Positions 12,864 to 25,699 of a stretch of 64,000 nucleotides of DNA are shown piece by piece. The stretch spans positions 50,448 through 114,447 of the forward strand of contig NIVC01003160.1 of NCBI GenBank assembly GCA_002269645.1, read 5' to 3'. The position numbers and the translations under genes are program-made. A model generated the notes under the pieces. The model was not told where the DNA came from. It saw nothing but the letters and a program-made list of their open reading frames with translations, and made no database searches. The DNA is from Macrostomum lignano. Its lineage: Eukaryota. Each line of letters begins with the position of its first letter. The first letter of the stretch is position 1.

Positions 12864-14292
12864 CAGCACAGCGAATTCGAAAAAGGTACAAATCGACTTT
12901 TGAGTTTTTGACGTCTTACAACTGAAGTTTGTGTCTTCAGTGGAATGTTATTACGAACTAATTTTTGTCTGCAGATTTAAATCTTTGTGTCCGTCCAATA
13001 GAAGTACTGTGTCTCTGCAAATTGGGGTCGGAGACGTCGTTTTTTGAAGCTTCGCGCCTAAGACCTTTTGGTTCGATTTCGTGCTTGTTCGAAAATTGAG
13101 CTTGGGGGGGGTTTCTGCAATTTACACCCATGACGGTCAGCACCCAAGCCACAGAGAGTAGGTACATGTCCGACGATTAGACAGTTAGGGTGTATGAGTG
13201 CCCTCCTGCGTATTTTTAATTTATTCTGTGTGCTGGTTTCTCGTCTTAAAATAAATCGATAGTTAAACAGTTCGATTTCTTTTCCAGGGTGAACTGGGCT
13301 GCTCACACCAAGAAGAAACAAACCAAGGATTCACAGCTAGTGAAACCACTGCCTATACCGATCAGTCCCAGACAATACCTATTGTACGTACTTGAATAAA
13401 CGTTAAATTATCGAAGAGAGCTTATGAATTACACAATACATTTTCCTAGATGTGTTAGTCATGCGAGTAACTGAAGTCATTCCATTTTCATAAATTTTTC
13501 AAGTAGTTAGTCGGATTTAGAAAATATCAAGTAAGCAAAATGTGCATCAGCTTTCTTACCGCGCACTTTTATCGAATAATAGTCTATGTTTCATGCTAGA
13601 ATTTCTCTCACGGATGGGCCGCATAGTGCCATAGACTAAAAAAATACACTTTAACAAACTTAGGTAAGGAACAGCTATAATAAGCTGTTTTTTAATTAGC
13701 GTTGACCCCTCCATGCATAAAGTTGACGATGACTTGTTTAATTTGGTTGGAGCGATTAAGGCGACGTGCATAAAATACATGTAATCGTGTTCCTTTGATG
13801 CCAACAAACCAGGATGTTAACACTATCAATAAAATATTGATTATACTTAACGTCGTTACGATTCTGTTTATAGTTTTTTTACGAACAGTAACTAAATTCC
13901 CTCATCAGATAGTTGCTGCATTATATCGTAACGTAAATAACACCAGAAAGGTTCTCTCACTCTCGTAGTGTAAACTCGGTCCAACTCGATAAAACCAATT
14001 GAGAATTCATATCCAGATAAAAAACAACTGATAAAAGCGATAAAAGTACACAAGGTCAGATCAAAAATGAGCATCAACTAATAAATTACTATAGTCTATG
14101 GCCGCAAGCATCGGACGCATTGAAACAGGGAAATTTACGCCATAGACTTGCGCATTTCACAGTCTATGGTCGCTAATGACGAACTGTTTTTCAGATCGAG
14201 AGGAGTGGGGGAGAGTGAGAGGCGCTTAGATTCGAGGCAGCGGACACAAGTAGTTTACAAAAAATCTGCTCTCAGTGAAAGCCAAAGTCAGC

Positions 14293-16166
14293 ATGGCCAA
14301 GATTCTAATTTGCGGCTTGTGCAACAAAGTGTTTATTGCCGAGGTAAATCTGATCGAACATCTCAAAACTCATATACCATTAGCTATGCACGTGGCCTTA
14401 GCGGCCAAAAGTGGTAGCGCTTCGAGAAACAATGAAGGTCAACAAAACTTCGTCAGTCCTAGCGTGGCGGTCTGCACTATAAAGGTAACTGCTTTATTTT
14501 TTAATCACTTGCGAAAATTACGACAACCAATAGAATAGGAATCTGATTAAAGCTTCCGAATTATTTTCGAACACGACACCCAGGTGGAGATTTGCAACGC
14601 GTCTCTCTCAGACGGTTCGACGCCCATTAACCAGATCAGCCAGAGACAAGAACCAACCGGCTCAGAAAGTCAACAGATGCTCGATCAGCAAACCATTCCG
14701 TCTTTACCGCGTCGAATACCAGAGGACGCCATCCAGAGTCGAGAGCCCTGCCCGACTAGCGACCAAGTGAACGTGCTCCGTCTCCGCCGCTTGGTCGCCG
14801 CCAATCGCTACCGACGCAAAGTGGCCTTCGAGTGTCGAGTTTGTCGCCGACAATTTAACTATCAGACTGCCGCTACGAAGCACGCCAACCACTATCACGC
14901 CGCCGCCGCGCATAACCGGCCCAAGCCGTACAACTTTCGCCAGAGCGCCAACGCTGGTCGCGTCTTGCCAGCAAGACGAATTCAAGAGAAACGCATTGCC
15001 GCTAGAAAGCAACCGAAGCAGAATAAAAAAACTTTGCCAAGTCGCGATGCGGACCGGCAGGCGGACTTGGTCGACATGGAGGCGGATGGCAACAACGAGG
15101 AGGCCGCATCTGACAACGAAGCCGACCGGTCGTCCAGCCGCGGAAACGAAATAGTCGCCGAAGAAGATGACGAAGTCGAGATGCAGCCAAGCTCCGCTAG
15201 TGCCGACAACCAGGCGACATCGCAGGCGCCTCCCCGATCCGTTGCGTCTATAATTGAAGCGGCAAGGACCCAGCAACAACAACATCAGCAACAGCAACAG
15301 CAGCAGCAGCAGCAGCAGCAATTTCTGCATCAACAACTGTTGTTGTCGGCGGTACAAGCTGAACGACAACGAATTCAGATGGCAGTTGCAAGTAGGCAAT
15401 TTTATTACTGGTACTTTACAGATTTATATATCCTTATTCAAGCCTTACTGTATCCCCACAAAAATCCCCCACAGCGACGTCCTCTACGGCGCAATTGGGT
15501 CAGCCATCGCGGATTCTGCCCTGCCCACACTGTCCGATGACTTTCACGGACATTGGCTTCCTGGCCAGGCACGTCCAACTGCACAACGAACTGCAGAAAC
15601 AGCAACCGCTCCTATTGCAACAGGCGTCGCAGAATTCCACGCAGCCGTCGCAGTCAGCCTTCGGTTCAATTCCAATTCCGGGTGGTTCGATTCCTGTTTC
15701 TGTAGCGCCCTGGTTGACCCCAGCCAGACTGGCTCCAGCTTCCTCCTCTCAGCAGCAGCAGCCGCAGGCCAAAGGACCAGCACCTGCTGCACCAACAACC
15801 AAAACGCAGCTCGTTAGTCGGCCAACCCCACTTCTACCGCCGATGCCATCGCATTCACAAGCTCTGCTAATGAGTCGGCCGGCAGGACCTGGACTTCTGC
15901 GGCCGAGGCAGCCGTTGCCGATACCATTCACAGCGCTGACCGGTCTGCAGCAGCAGCAACAGCAACAGAAACTTCCAGCGGGCTTCCTTCCTGCCAACTT
16001 CATCTATGGCGGCGTTCCCGCTAATAACCTGGCAGCTCAGCGTGCTCAACTGCAGCAGACGCAACTGACTCAGCAGTCGTTGCCAATGCGCCTCATGCCG
16101 AGTATTCGACCGCAGCCGATTCTGGCAGCTCGAGATCATACCGCCGCTCCATCTTCGTCCAAATGA
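14293..16166 (+). CDS. C2H2 zinc-finger protein with three dispersed fingers and polyQ; join(14293..14484,14584..15391,15475..16166)
   Basis: Fingers CGLCNKVFIAEVNLIEHLKTH, CRVCRRQFNYQTAATKHANHYH and CPHCPMTFTDIGFLARHVQLH. GT-AG introns of 99 and 83 nt have compatible phases (0 and 1). Confidence 0.85.
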
Positions 16167-17660
16167 TTCTTGACTCGCTAAACCCTCCCCCGTATCTGAC
16201 CATGCAGTTTATATTAGAACGAGTTTGGTTCTATTTGTTGATTGTTGATGAAAAACTCCTACTTGTGATGCTAAACCGACGCCCTCCTTATACTGTTCCC
16301 GTTATAGTTTTTTTTCATTTTCGTCTATTAATTAGTTCACAAATTTAACTACTTGAGAACAATCAAACGTACTTATTTGCGAGCTTTTTGCATTGATTGA
16401 TTGATAATTCTATGATTTGAATCCTAGCCAATTGTTTTGTTATACTTATTTAACTTGAACTGTCGTGATTCAAAACGGGTAGTGCGACTTGGAGCGGATC
16501 ATGTGACCTACCGAAGCTTCTTATGCATAGTTTAACCGACGCATCCCATTGAAAGCAAGAAAAATAAGCATAATCTTTTAAACTCCGTTTTGAGAAAACA
16601 CGACTGTACTCGTACGCTCGTCTATTTTCCTTCGAAAAAAACATACATACCCTGGCCATAGACTATTAAAACGTATTTATTTGGCCTGGACCAAATTTAG
16701 TCTATGGTAGAAAGCTCCACACACCCTGTAGTGACTGACGCGAAACCGAGATAATTTGCTGAGTAAGACTTCGACCCCGACTTGGGCATTGATTGATATA
16801 TATTTATTTAAGAACCAATTTAAGGGTTCGATATGAAAGAAACGTACATCCGATTTCGCGTACACCAACCTTGCACGTACATCAGCTCAATGTGCAATTG
16901 GACTAAAATAGCCCGCGCAGAGAATGAAGGTGACCGTGTAGAACAACCCAAATCTATGCTTTTTTCGCTTTTTTCCGTCTAATGTCTGTCTATGGGCAAG
17001 ACCAAAACTACTGTCGCAGATAAAATGTAGTATGCTTGGAAAAGAATCTTCTTTAGAAGTGATACCTTGAGCATAGCACAGAACAAAACAGGGAGCACGG
17101 GTGTCATTTAGACGATTTTTTTATTATTGCAGTCATTGTGCCAAAAAATGAATCTGCAACAGGGCCGCAAAAATGAATCTGCAATCAAGGATATAAGGAT
17201 GAATTTTTGACAGGGTAGCCAAGAGTCCAGGCGGAGACCGCTGTTCGCCTCCAGTCCCAGTGGAGTTTGTCTCCAGTCCAGATGCTAGTTAGAGCAGTCC
17301 ATGGCATATGCCCTCTACATGTAGTTTTGTCTTGTATCTCAAGGCTGCTGATCGTGGGGAGTCAAGAGGTCAACAGCTTAACACGATTGTGAGGTCAGGA
17401 AGAGCGGAGAAGCCCAAGGGTTTTGTGGCTCAAGTTGACCAACTGACACTGACTTACTCCTGCTTTATATATATTTCTTATGTTCATTGATATGTTGTGT
17501 TTTATATCTCTGTCGAAAGAGGAAGTTTCTTTTGAATTTCAAATCTGCGCGTGCGCGTCACTCGACAATTTTGGCCACAGACAGTCTGAATTGAATTTCA
17601 TCTGATTCAATATAATCGGAACTTTGTTTGAATTGAATTTCCCGCAAGCGGGACGCAAGA

Positions 17661-17947
17661 GATATTCTCAGGTGTGACCTTCTTTGGGCTGATATTCTCA
17701 GGTGTGACCTTCCTTGGGCTGATATTCTCAGGTGTGACCTTCTTTGGGCTGATATTCTCAGGTGTGACCTTCCTTGGGCTGATATTCTCAGGTGTGACCT
17801 TCTTTGGGCTGATATTCTCAGGTGTGACCTTCCTTGGGCTGATATTCTCAGGTGTGACCTTCCTTGGGCTGATATTCTCAGGTGTGACCTTCTTTGGGCT
17901 GATATTCTCAGGTGTGACCTTCTTTGGGCTGATATTCTCAGGTGTGA
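17661..17947 (+). repeat. 30-bp minisatellite (GATATTCTCAGGTGTGACCTTCYTTGGGCT)n, about 9.5 near-identical copies
   Basis: Direct reading. Confidence 0.97.
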
Positions 17948-18862
17948 TCATCTCTTTCTCCGAGGCAAGCGGCGTAGCACCTGCATCTGAGTGCTAACAG
18001 CCAGAAGCGGATGCATCCAGAGTCAAAGCGGCTGCACAGTGCGGTTTCGCAGTCAGAGCAGTTGACGTCTAGTACGGACACACTGACCACACTGACCATA
18101 GCTTTTGGAATTCTAGACTTTGATTATGTCTATTCATACTGAACATACCTGATACCGTTTTGATTTCCTGTAAACTGTGGCCCGTTTACAGCTTTTACAC
18201 ACTAGATAATACACAATTGAGTGATAACAGTAAATAGTTACAGATAACAAGTTTGGAAATATTTTTGGCAATGTACGTACATAACCTAGTAGATTGTACG
18301 TTTAGACATTGACCTGCTTAGTCGAATGCAATACCACAGCATCGGTCTTCATCTCAGAGTCCCTGAGAATTCTCACAGAAACGTAGCTCGTGTGGATTAG
18401 TTAATCCTATTGTCTTCACATAACTATAATTCATTCATTCCAGTGTAAAAGCTGTTTTGAATTATTGCTCGCAAAAACGGGTCGCAAAAACGTTGGATTC
18501 GTCTATTGGAATATTTTTTGTTTTAGCTAACAACTTAGAGTCTCCCTACTAATTTTGGGAGAAATTTCTCTTTGCATGCTACTAATAACATTCAGTCAGT
18601 AGTCTGAACGCAAGACAGTCGCTGCTTCAGTTTGTGAGGACGAAAGACAGTCTAGTCTACTCTTTTAACACAGCCTTTCATAGAATATGTTTCTATGCAA
18701 ACAGCTAAACGTACATAGAACAAAAAAGTAAATTCCATGGCTAGACCGTGGCTAGTCTTTGGATTTTACGTGGATTTACCGACGCGATTCATATGTGTTG
18801 AAACCATAGATTTCGGCAAAAATTCGATGTTTAGTTATTCGATTTAAATTCAAGAAATACAG

Positions 18863-19000
18863 TCAGCAACATTAAAAACCGCCGACTTTGAGCATTGACA
18901 GAGCGACTGACTTCAGCTCACAACACCTAGAAGCATGGTTTTCCAACTCTCGCTTAGGTGCACTGGCTCTAGGGAGGGTGGCGGTTTTCAATGTTGCTGA
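18863..19000. mobile_element. 138-bp MITE-like element with 21-bp terminal inverted repeats
   Basis: TCAGCAACATTAAAAACCGCC (18863-18883) and GGCGGTTTTCAATGTTGCTGA (18980-19000) are 20/21 complementary. No clear TSD. Confidence 0.5.
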
Positions 19001-19181
19001 GTATCTCTATAGCTATAGACTTATTAAGTATATCTTCATCGACTGACATCCAAAGCAACGATGGCTCAATTTATGGAAAGAGCAGAGAAATGTGAAACCT
19101 GTGCACAGTGGTAAGTGGCAGAATGTCTGCTAGAAGCTAAATAATTTCTGCTAGCTAATGCTAATTTCTGCAATTTCTGCT

Positions 19182-19338
19182 TTAGAAGTCTAAAGCATTC
19201 ATTCCGTGCTCATCTAAGAGCTGCTGTTTCGCTAAGAACTCACTCATATCTAACAGGGTGAATCCTTGTCGTTGTTTCTTAGAGAAAAGACCAATCCTTG
19301 GTGGAAGACTCTGTTCTCGAGCCCTTGGGGTGGCACCG
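19182..19338 (-). CDS. Possible terminal coding exon of an unidentified gene
   Basis: Non-repetitive, protein-like tail ATPRAREQSLPPRIGLFSKKQRQGFTLLDMSEFLAKQQLLDEHGMNALDF* follows an AG at the edge of the 19-bp array. Upstream exons not established. Confidence 0.25.
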
Positions 19339-19339
19339 C

Positions 19340-19897
19340 TGCGCTTGGAGAAGGGTCCTGTGCTTGGAGAAAGATGCTGTGCTTGGAGAAAGATGCTGTG
19401 CTTGGAGATGGGTCCTGTGCTTGGGGAAAGGTCCTGTGATTGGAGAAAGGTCCTGTGCTTGGAGAAAGATGCTGTGCTTGGAGAAAGATGCTGTGCTTGG
19501 AGAAAGATGCTGTGCTTGGAGAAAGATGCTGTGCTTGGAGAAAGATGCTGTGCTTGGAGATGGGTCCTGTGCTTGGGGAAAGGTCCTGTGATTGGAGAAA
19601 GGTCCTGTGCTTGGGGAAAGGTCCTGTGATTGGAGAGAGGTCCTGTGCTTGGAGAGAGGTCCTGTGCTTGGAGAGAGGTCTTGTGCTTGGAGAGAGGTCT
19701 TGTGCTTGGAGAGAGGTCCTGTGCTTGGAGAGAGGTCTTGTGCTTGGAGAGAGGTCTTGTGCTTGGAGAGAGGTCTTGTGCTTGGAGAGAGGTCTTGTGC
19801 TTGGAGAGAGGTCCTGTGCTTGGAGAGAGGTCTTGTGCTTGGAGAGAGGTCTTGTGCTTGGAGAGAGGTCTTGTGCTTGGAGAGAGGTCTTGTGCTT
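19340..19897 (+). repeat. 19-bp minisatellite (TTGGAGAGAGGTCYTGTGC)n
   Basis: Direct reading; the left part is more degenerate. Confidence 0.95.
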
Positions 19898-20324
19898 CGT
19901 AAAAAACACTGAGAAAGGGTTGTGTTTGTAGGTTTAGTTTAGTTGTATAAGCAGGCGAGAGAGACATCGCATTAGAACTGTCGAGAGCAAATAACGACTT
20001 TGCAAGAATATGGAGGGCACAGACTCAAGTCTTATATTTTAACTATGAACGCAAAAACTCACAGCAAAGACAGCGGAGAGACAGGGGCCCCAGTGCAAAT
20101 GCACGAAAGTCGCCACAGTAGGAAGGTGGTGTGAGCGGGCTCTCAGCGCTCAATCTACATAGGAATTACTGCAGAGGGTCAATCTCATCTACCAACTAAC
20201 TAATTTCTGCGTATACTTAGCTGAAGCTGTACAAGTGCTTTTCTACTGTCCATAGCTTTATTGATTTTTCACCGCTGTGCTCAGTGCTTTTTTGTTTTAT
20301 TGTTTTCAAGTTAGAAATGTTGAG

Positions 20325-20548
20325 CAGGGGTAGGCAAACTTTCTATCTTTCTTTTTGGGTCTTTCGGAACTTCACAATAGCAATACGGCCCGCTCAATGT
20401 TTGTGTCTCATCCAACCCTCTTCTTTTTTCTCTCCTCTCCCTTCTCTTGTGACTATTTTTTCTGACCCTCTCCTCTCTATCTTTTGGCCTTCAGTCATGC
20501 ACTCGATTCTCTGTCTGGGCTTGTGTTCTAACAGTTTGCCCACCTCTG
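20325..20548 (+). mobile_element. hAT-Charlie-like MITE, 224 bp, with internal CT-rich tract
   Basis: TIRs CAGGGGTAGGCAAACT / AGTTTGCCCACCTCTG (14/16 complementary) and subterminal CGGCCCGC match the CAGGGGTNGGCAAACT termini of Charlie-type elements. TSD not preserved. Confidence 0.65.
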
Positions 20549-21144
20549 TACTAAATAAAGAAACAAGGCTATAGCTAGTGTTAAGGCTGGTAGCTGGTGT
20601 GGGGTTGGGGGACTCTTTGTCGAGCAATTTCTCTCTTATCTGTCTGTCTCTCTGCCTGCACTGGTGAAATGGGTGAAATGAATTATAGAATAGAATAAAC
20701 TCGTAGCGTTTCTCGTTTCAAAGAAAATAATAGAAAGTGTATTGATTCTATTATTTTTATTCCGTCCCAAAACCATCAGATTTTCTTATTTATTTCATTT
20801 ATTTGGGATCGGTGCCAGCTGATGACCTCTTTTTCTAACTATTGTGGAAGTTTTGCGACTTTCAATTGAGTCAAAGTTCTAGTATGATGTCCCCCAATGA
20901 TTTTGCGGGTCACACTTTGGTCGAAACTTGCGCGTTTGTGCTCTGCGTTATTGTCTATGGCACAAGTCCTGTACTAACTTTATCGGTGTGTTATTCATCC
21001 AAAAAACGTTTGAAACGAAACCTTTGAAAGCGAGAGTAAGGGAGGGAGGAAGTTGATAGGAGTGTCTCCCAATGGAGTCATTGTCAGATAGTCATCTAAA
21101 GCTTCTAAAAGGTATGTAGGCAGGCGCATATCAGTCTTTCTGGG

Positions 21145-23030
21145 GGGAGTGGTGCTAGTGTGGGGGAGTGGTGCTAGTGTGGGGGGAGTGGTGCTAGTGT
21201 GGGGGGAGTGGTGCTAGTGTGGGGGGGAGAGGTGCTAGTGTGGGGGGAGAGGTGCTAATGTGGGGGGAGTGGTGCTAGTGTGGGGGAAGTGGTGCTAGTG
21301 TGAAGGGAGTGGTGCTAGTGTGGGGGGAGAGGTGCTAGTGTGGGGGGAGAGGTGCTAATGTGGGGGGAGTGGTGCTAGTGTGGGGGGAGTGGTGCTAGTG
21401 TGAAGGGAGTGGTGCTAGTGTGGGGGGAGTGGTGCTAGTGTGGGGGGAGTGGTGCTAGTGTGGGGGGAGTGGTGCTAGTGTGGGGGAGAGGTGCTAGTGT
21501 GGGGGGAGAGGTGCTAGTGTGGGGGGAGAGGTGCTAATGTGGGGGGAGTGGTGCTAGTGTGGGGGAAGTGGTGCTAGTGTGAAGGGAGTGGTGCTAGTGT
21601 GGGGGGAGAGGTGCTAGTGTGGGGGGAGAGGTGCTAATGTGGGGGAGTGGTGCTAGTGTGGGGGAGTGGTGCTAGTGTGAAGGGAGTGGTGCTAGTGTGG
21701 GGGGAGAGGTGCTAGTGTGGGGGGAGAGGTGCTAATGTGGGGGGAGTGGTGCTAGTGTGGGGGGAGTGGTGCTAGTGTGGGGGAGTGGTGCTAGTGTGGG
21801 GGAGTGGTGCTAGTGTGGGGGAGTGGTGCTAGTGTGGGGGGAGTGGTGCTAGTGTGGGGGGGAGTGGTGCTAGTGTGGGGGAGTGGTGCTAGTGTGGGGG
21901 AGTGGTGCTAGTGTGGGGGAGTGGTGCTAGTGTGGGGGAGTGGTGCTAGAGTGGGGGAGTGGTGCTAGTGTGGGGGAGTGGTGCTAGTGTGGGGGGAGTG
22001 GTGCTAGTGTGGGGGGAGTGGTGCTAGTGTGGGGGGAGTGGTGCTAGTGTGGGGGGAGTGGTGCTAGTGTGGGGGGAGTGGTGCTAGTGTGGGGGAGTGG
22101 TGCTAGTGTGGGGGGAGTGGTGCTAGTGTGGGGGAGTGGTGCTAGTGTGGGGGGAGTGGTGCTAGTGTGGGGGGAGAGGTGCTAGTGTGGGGGAGAGGTG
22201 CTAGTGTGGGGGGAGAGGTGCTAATGTGGGGGGAGTGGTGCTAGTGTGGGGGGAGTGGTGCTAGTGTGGGGGGAGTGGTGCTAGTGTGGGGGGAGAGGTG
22301 CTAGTGTGGGGGGAGAGGTGCTAATGTGGGGGAGTGGTGCTAGTGTGGGGGGAGTGGTGCTAGTGTGAAGGGAGTGGTGCTAGTGTGGGGGGAGAGGTGC
22401 TAGTGTGGGGGAGTGGTGCTAATGTGGGGGAGTGGTGCTAGTGTGGGGGGAGTGGTGCTAGTGTGGGGGGAGTGGTGCTAGTGTGGGGGGAGAGGTGCTA
22501 GTGTGGGGGAGAGGTGCTAATGTGGGGGAGTGGTGCTAGTGTGGGGGGAGTGGTGCTAGTGTGGGGGGAGTGGTGCTAGTGTGGGGGGTATAGGTGCTAG
22601 TGTGGGGGGAGAGGTGCTAATGTGGGGGGAGTGGTGCTAGTGTGGGGGAGTGGTGCTAGTGTGGGGGAGTGGTGCTAGTGTGGGGGGAGTGGTGCTAGTG
22701 TGGGGGAGTGGTGCTAGTGTGGGGGGAGTGGTGCTAGTGTGGGGGGAGTGGTGCTAGTGTGGGGGAGTGGTGCTAGTGTGGGGGGAGTGATGCTAGTGTG
22801 GGGGAAGTGGTGCTAGTGTGGGGGGAGTGGTGCTAGAGTGGGGGGAGTGGTGCTAGTGTGGGGGGAGTGGTGCTAGTGTGGGGGGAGTGGTGCTAGTGTG
22901 GGGGGAGTGGTGCTAGTGTGGGGGGAGTGATGCTAGTGTGGGGGAAGTGGTGCTAGTGTGGGGGGAGTGATGCTAGTGTGGGGGGAGTGGTGCTAGTGTG
23001 GGGGGAGTGGTGCTAGTGTGGGGGGAGTTG
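21145..23030 (+). repeat. About 20-bp G-rich minisatellite (GTGGTGCTAGTGTGGGGGGA)n with variable G-run
   Basis: Direct reading. Confidence 0.97.
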
Positions 23031-23650
23031 TGCTAATCTGGGGAGTTGGTGCTAATCTGGGGAGTTGGCGCTAATCTGGGGAGTTGGCGCTAATCTGGGG
23101 AGTTGGCGCTAATCTGGGGAGTTGGCGCTAATCTGGGGAGTTGGTGCTAATCTGGGGAGTTGGCGCTAATCTGGGGAGTTGGCGCTAATCTGGGGAGTTG
23201 GCGCTAATCTGGGGAGTTGGTGCTAATCTGGGGAGTTGGCGCTAATCTGGGGAGTTGGCGCTAATCTGGGGAGTTGGCGCTAATCTGGGGAGTTGGCGCT
23301 AATCTGGGGAGTTAGCGCTAATCTGGGGAGTTGGCGCTAATCTGGGGAGTTGGTGCTAATCTGGGGAGTTGGCGCTAATCTGGGGAGTTGGCGCTAATCT
23401 GGGGAGTTGGTGCTAATCTGGGGAGTTGGCGCTAATCTGGGGAGTTGGCGCTAATCTGGGGAGTTGGTGCTAATCTGGGGAGTTGGCGCTAATCTGGGGA
23501 GTTGGTGCTAATCTGGGGAGTTGGCGCTAATCTGGGGAGTTGGCGCTAATCTGGGGAGTTGGTGCTAATCTGGGGAGTTGGTGCTAATCTGGGGAGTTGG
23601 TGCTAATCTGGGGAGTTGGCGCTAATCTGGGGAGTGGTGCTAATCTGAGG
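23031..23650 (+). repeat. 20-bp minisatellite (GAGTTGGYGCTAATCTGGGG)n fused to the previous array
   Basis: Direct reading; abrupt switch of unit near 23030. Confidence 0.96.
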
Positions 23651-23923
23651 AGGCCTGGTTAGTTTGCAGCATTGTCCCGAGTATTTTAGTCTCAATAGGA
23701 TCAGTGAAAAACTAAACTGCTTAGAGACTTCTGTAGAACGGTTTAGAGATTAGTGGACCATCTGCTCAGGTATTACACACTGCTTATTAGCCACCAAAAA
23801 TGTATTTTATATAGCAAATTTACATTTTTTAGATCTTACTATTTTTTATAACACGCATGAGAAAATCCGAATTGTTGCAATACTTGAAATTAGTTAATTT
23901 AATTTACTGTAGTAGTTAAGTCA

Positions 23924-24999
23924 CAGGGATTGGCAAACTTCGGCCCAGGTCCTTTGAAGCATTTGGTTTGCGTATCTTCCCAGATCTCTTCCCTCCTCTC
24001 CTTTCCTCTTCTCTCTCCTCTCTTTTCCTCTTCTCTCTCCTCTCCTTTCCTCTTCTCTCTCCTCTCTTTTCCTCTTCTCTCTCCTCTCCTTTCCTCTTCT
24101 CTCTCCTCTCTTTTCCTCTTCTCTCTCCTCTCCTTTCCTCTTCTCTCTCCTCTCTTTTCCTCTTCTCTCTCCTCTCCTTTCCTCTTCTCTCTCCTCTCTT
24201 TTCCTCTTCTCTCTCCTCTCTTTTCCTCTTCTCTTTTCCTCTTCTCTCTTCTCTCTTTTCCTCTTTTTTCTCCTCTCTTTTCCTCTTCTCTCTCCTCTCT
24301 TTTCCTCTTCTCTCTCCTCTCTTTTCCTCTTCTCTTTTCCTCTTCTCTCTTCTCTCTTTTCCTCTTTTTTCTCCTCTCTTTTCCTCTTCTCTTTTCCTCT
24401 TCTCTCTCCTCTCTTTTCCTCTTTTCTCTCCTCTCCTTTCCTCTTCTCTTTTCCTCTTCTCTCTCCTCTCCTTTCCTCTTCTCTCTCCTCTCTTTTCCTC
24501 TTCTCTCTCCTCTCTTTTCCTCTTCTCTTTTCCTCTTCTCTCTTCTCTCTTTTCCTCTTTTTTCTCCTCTCTTTTCCTCTTCTCTCTCCTCTCTTTTCCT
24601 CTTCTCTCTCCTCTCTTTTCCTCTTCTCTTTTCCTCTTCTCTCTTCTCTCTTTTCCTCTTTTTTCTCCTCTCTTTTCCTCTTCTCTTTTCCTCTTCTCTC
24701 TCCTCTCTTTTCCTCTTTTCTCTCCTCTCCTTTCCTCTTCTCTTTTCCTCTTCTCTCTCCTCTCCTTTCCTCTTTTCTCTCCTCTCTTTTCCTCTTCTCT
24801 CTCCTTTCCTTTCCTCTTCTCTCACCTCTCGAGCTCTTCTCTCTCCTTTCATATTTTATCTTATCCTCTCATCTTCTTTTCCTCTTTTCTCTTCTACAAG
24901 CGTATATTCCTTTTCCCTCTCCTCTCCTCTTTCACCTGGCCCGCAGTTACGAGTTTGCTTCTTTATCTGACTCTTAAGGAAAAAGTTTGCCGACTACTT
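23924..24999 (+). mobile_element. hAT-Charlie-like MITE inflated by an about 870-bp CT-rich repeat (23985-24855)
   Basis: Left end CAGGGATTGGCAAACTTCGGCCC; right side GGCCCGCAGT...AGTTTGCCGAC (11/16 TIR match). The CT tract lies where the 20325 copy has a short one. Confidence 0.5.
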
Positions 25000-25099
25000 A
25001 GTAGGGACGCAATGTAGAACTAAATGGCTCAATGATAACAAGTCAGTCAAAAAGTTGTGGCGCATTTTAAGTAGAACAGGGGAGCAACACAAATAGGCA

Positions 25100-25650
25100 G
25101 CCATGGAGACTCAGCTAACGAGGCGACCACCAGCAGAGCCATCATACTCGGGGAGGTCTGGCGTTGCATAGCAGGCAGTCCACCTGAGGGAACGCTGGAG
25201 CGGGACGTCCTGTAGAGGCTCTCCGCCAGGATCAGGTGGCCTTCCAGTTGAAGTCGCTACCGGCGTTGCGTATCAGACGGATGTGGCAGGATGTGACGGA
25301 ACAGCCCCGAGTGGGCCGAGTTCAGCTGCCGCGTCCACACCTCGGCATTGTACAGCAGGTCTCTGTGAGCTCTCTGGCTCTCTGGCGGTCAGAAAGCTCT
25401 TTGGACTGAAGGGCAGTCTGAGTCGATCGGTTGCTCGCCGAATGTTCTCTACACGAGGCACCAGACCACCGAGGTAGGTGAACCGCCCGCTGAGCTTGGA
25501 CCATGTCCGCCTGTGAACCAGCCTGTCCACCATGCGCTGGTCGTTTTCAACGGTTGATGCCAGGAGGTTGAGATCATTGGCGATAGCCAAACACGCTTGG
25601 GCGCTTCTCCCCGTGACGGCAAACAAAGCAGGAATCCATCGTCTGCCGAA
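25100..25650 (-). mobile_element. Highly degenerate RTE-clade non-LTR retrotransposon RT fragment
   Basis: LAIANDLNLLASTVE (decayed LGYADDLALLSSTVE) and FTYLGGLVP; similar to the 60372 copy. Confidence 0.7.
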
Positions 25651-25699
25651 GGGACATCGTTCCTGATCACTCAGTTTAGAGCAGCAAAATAAAAAGGAG

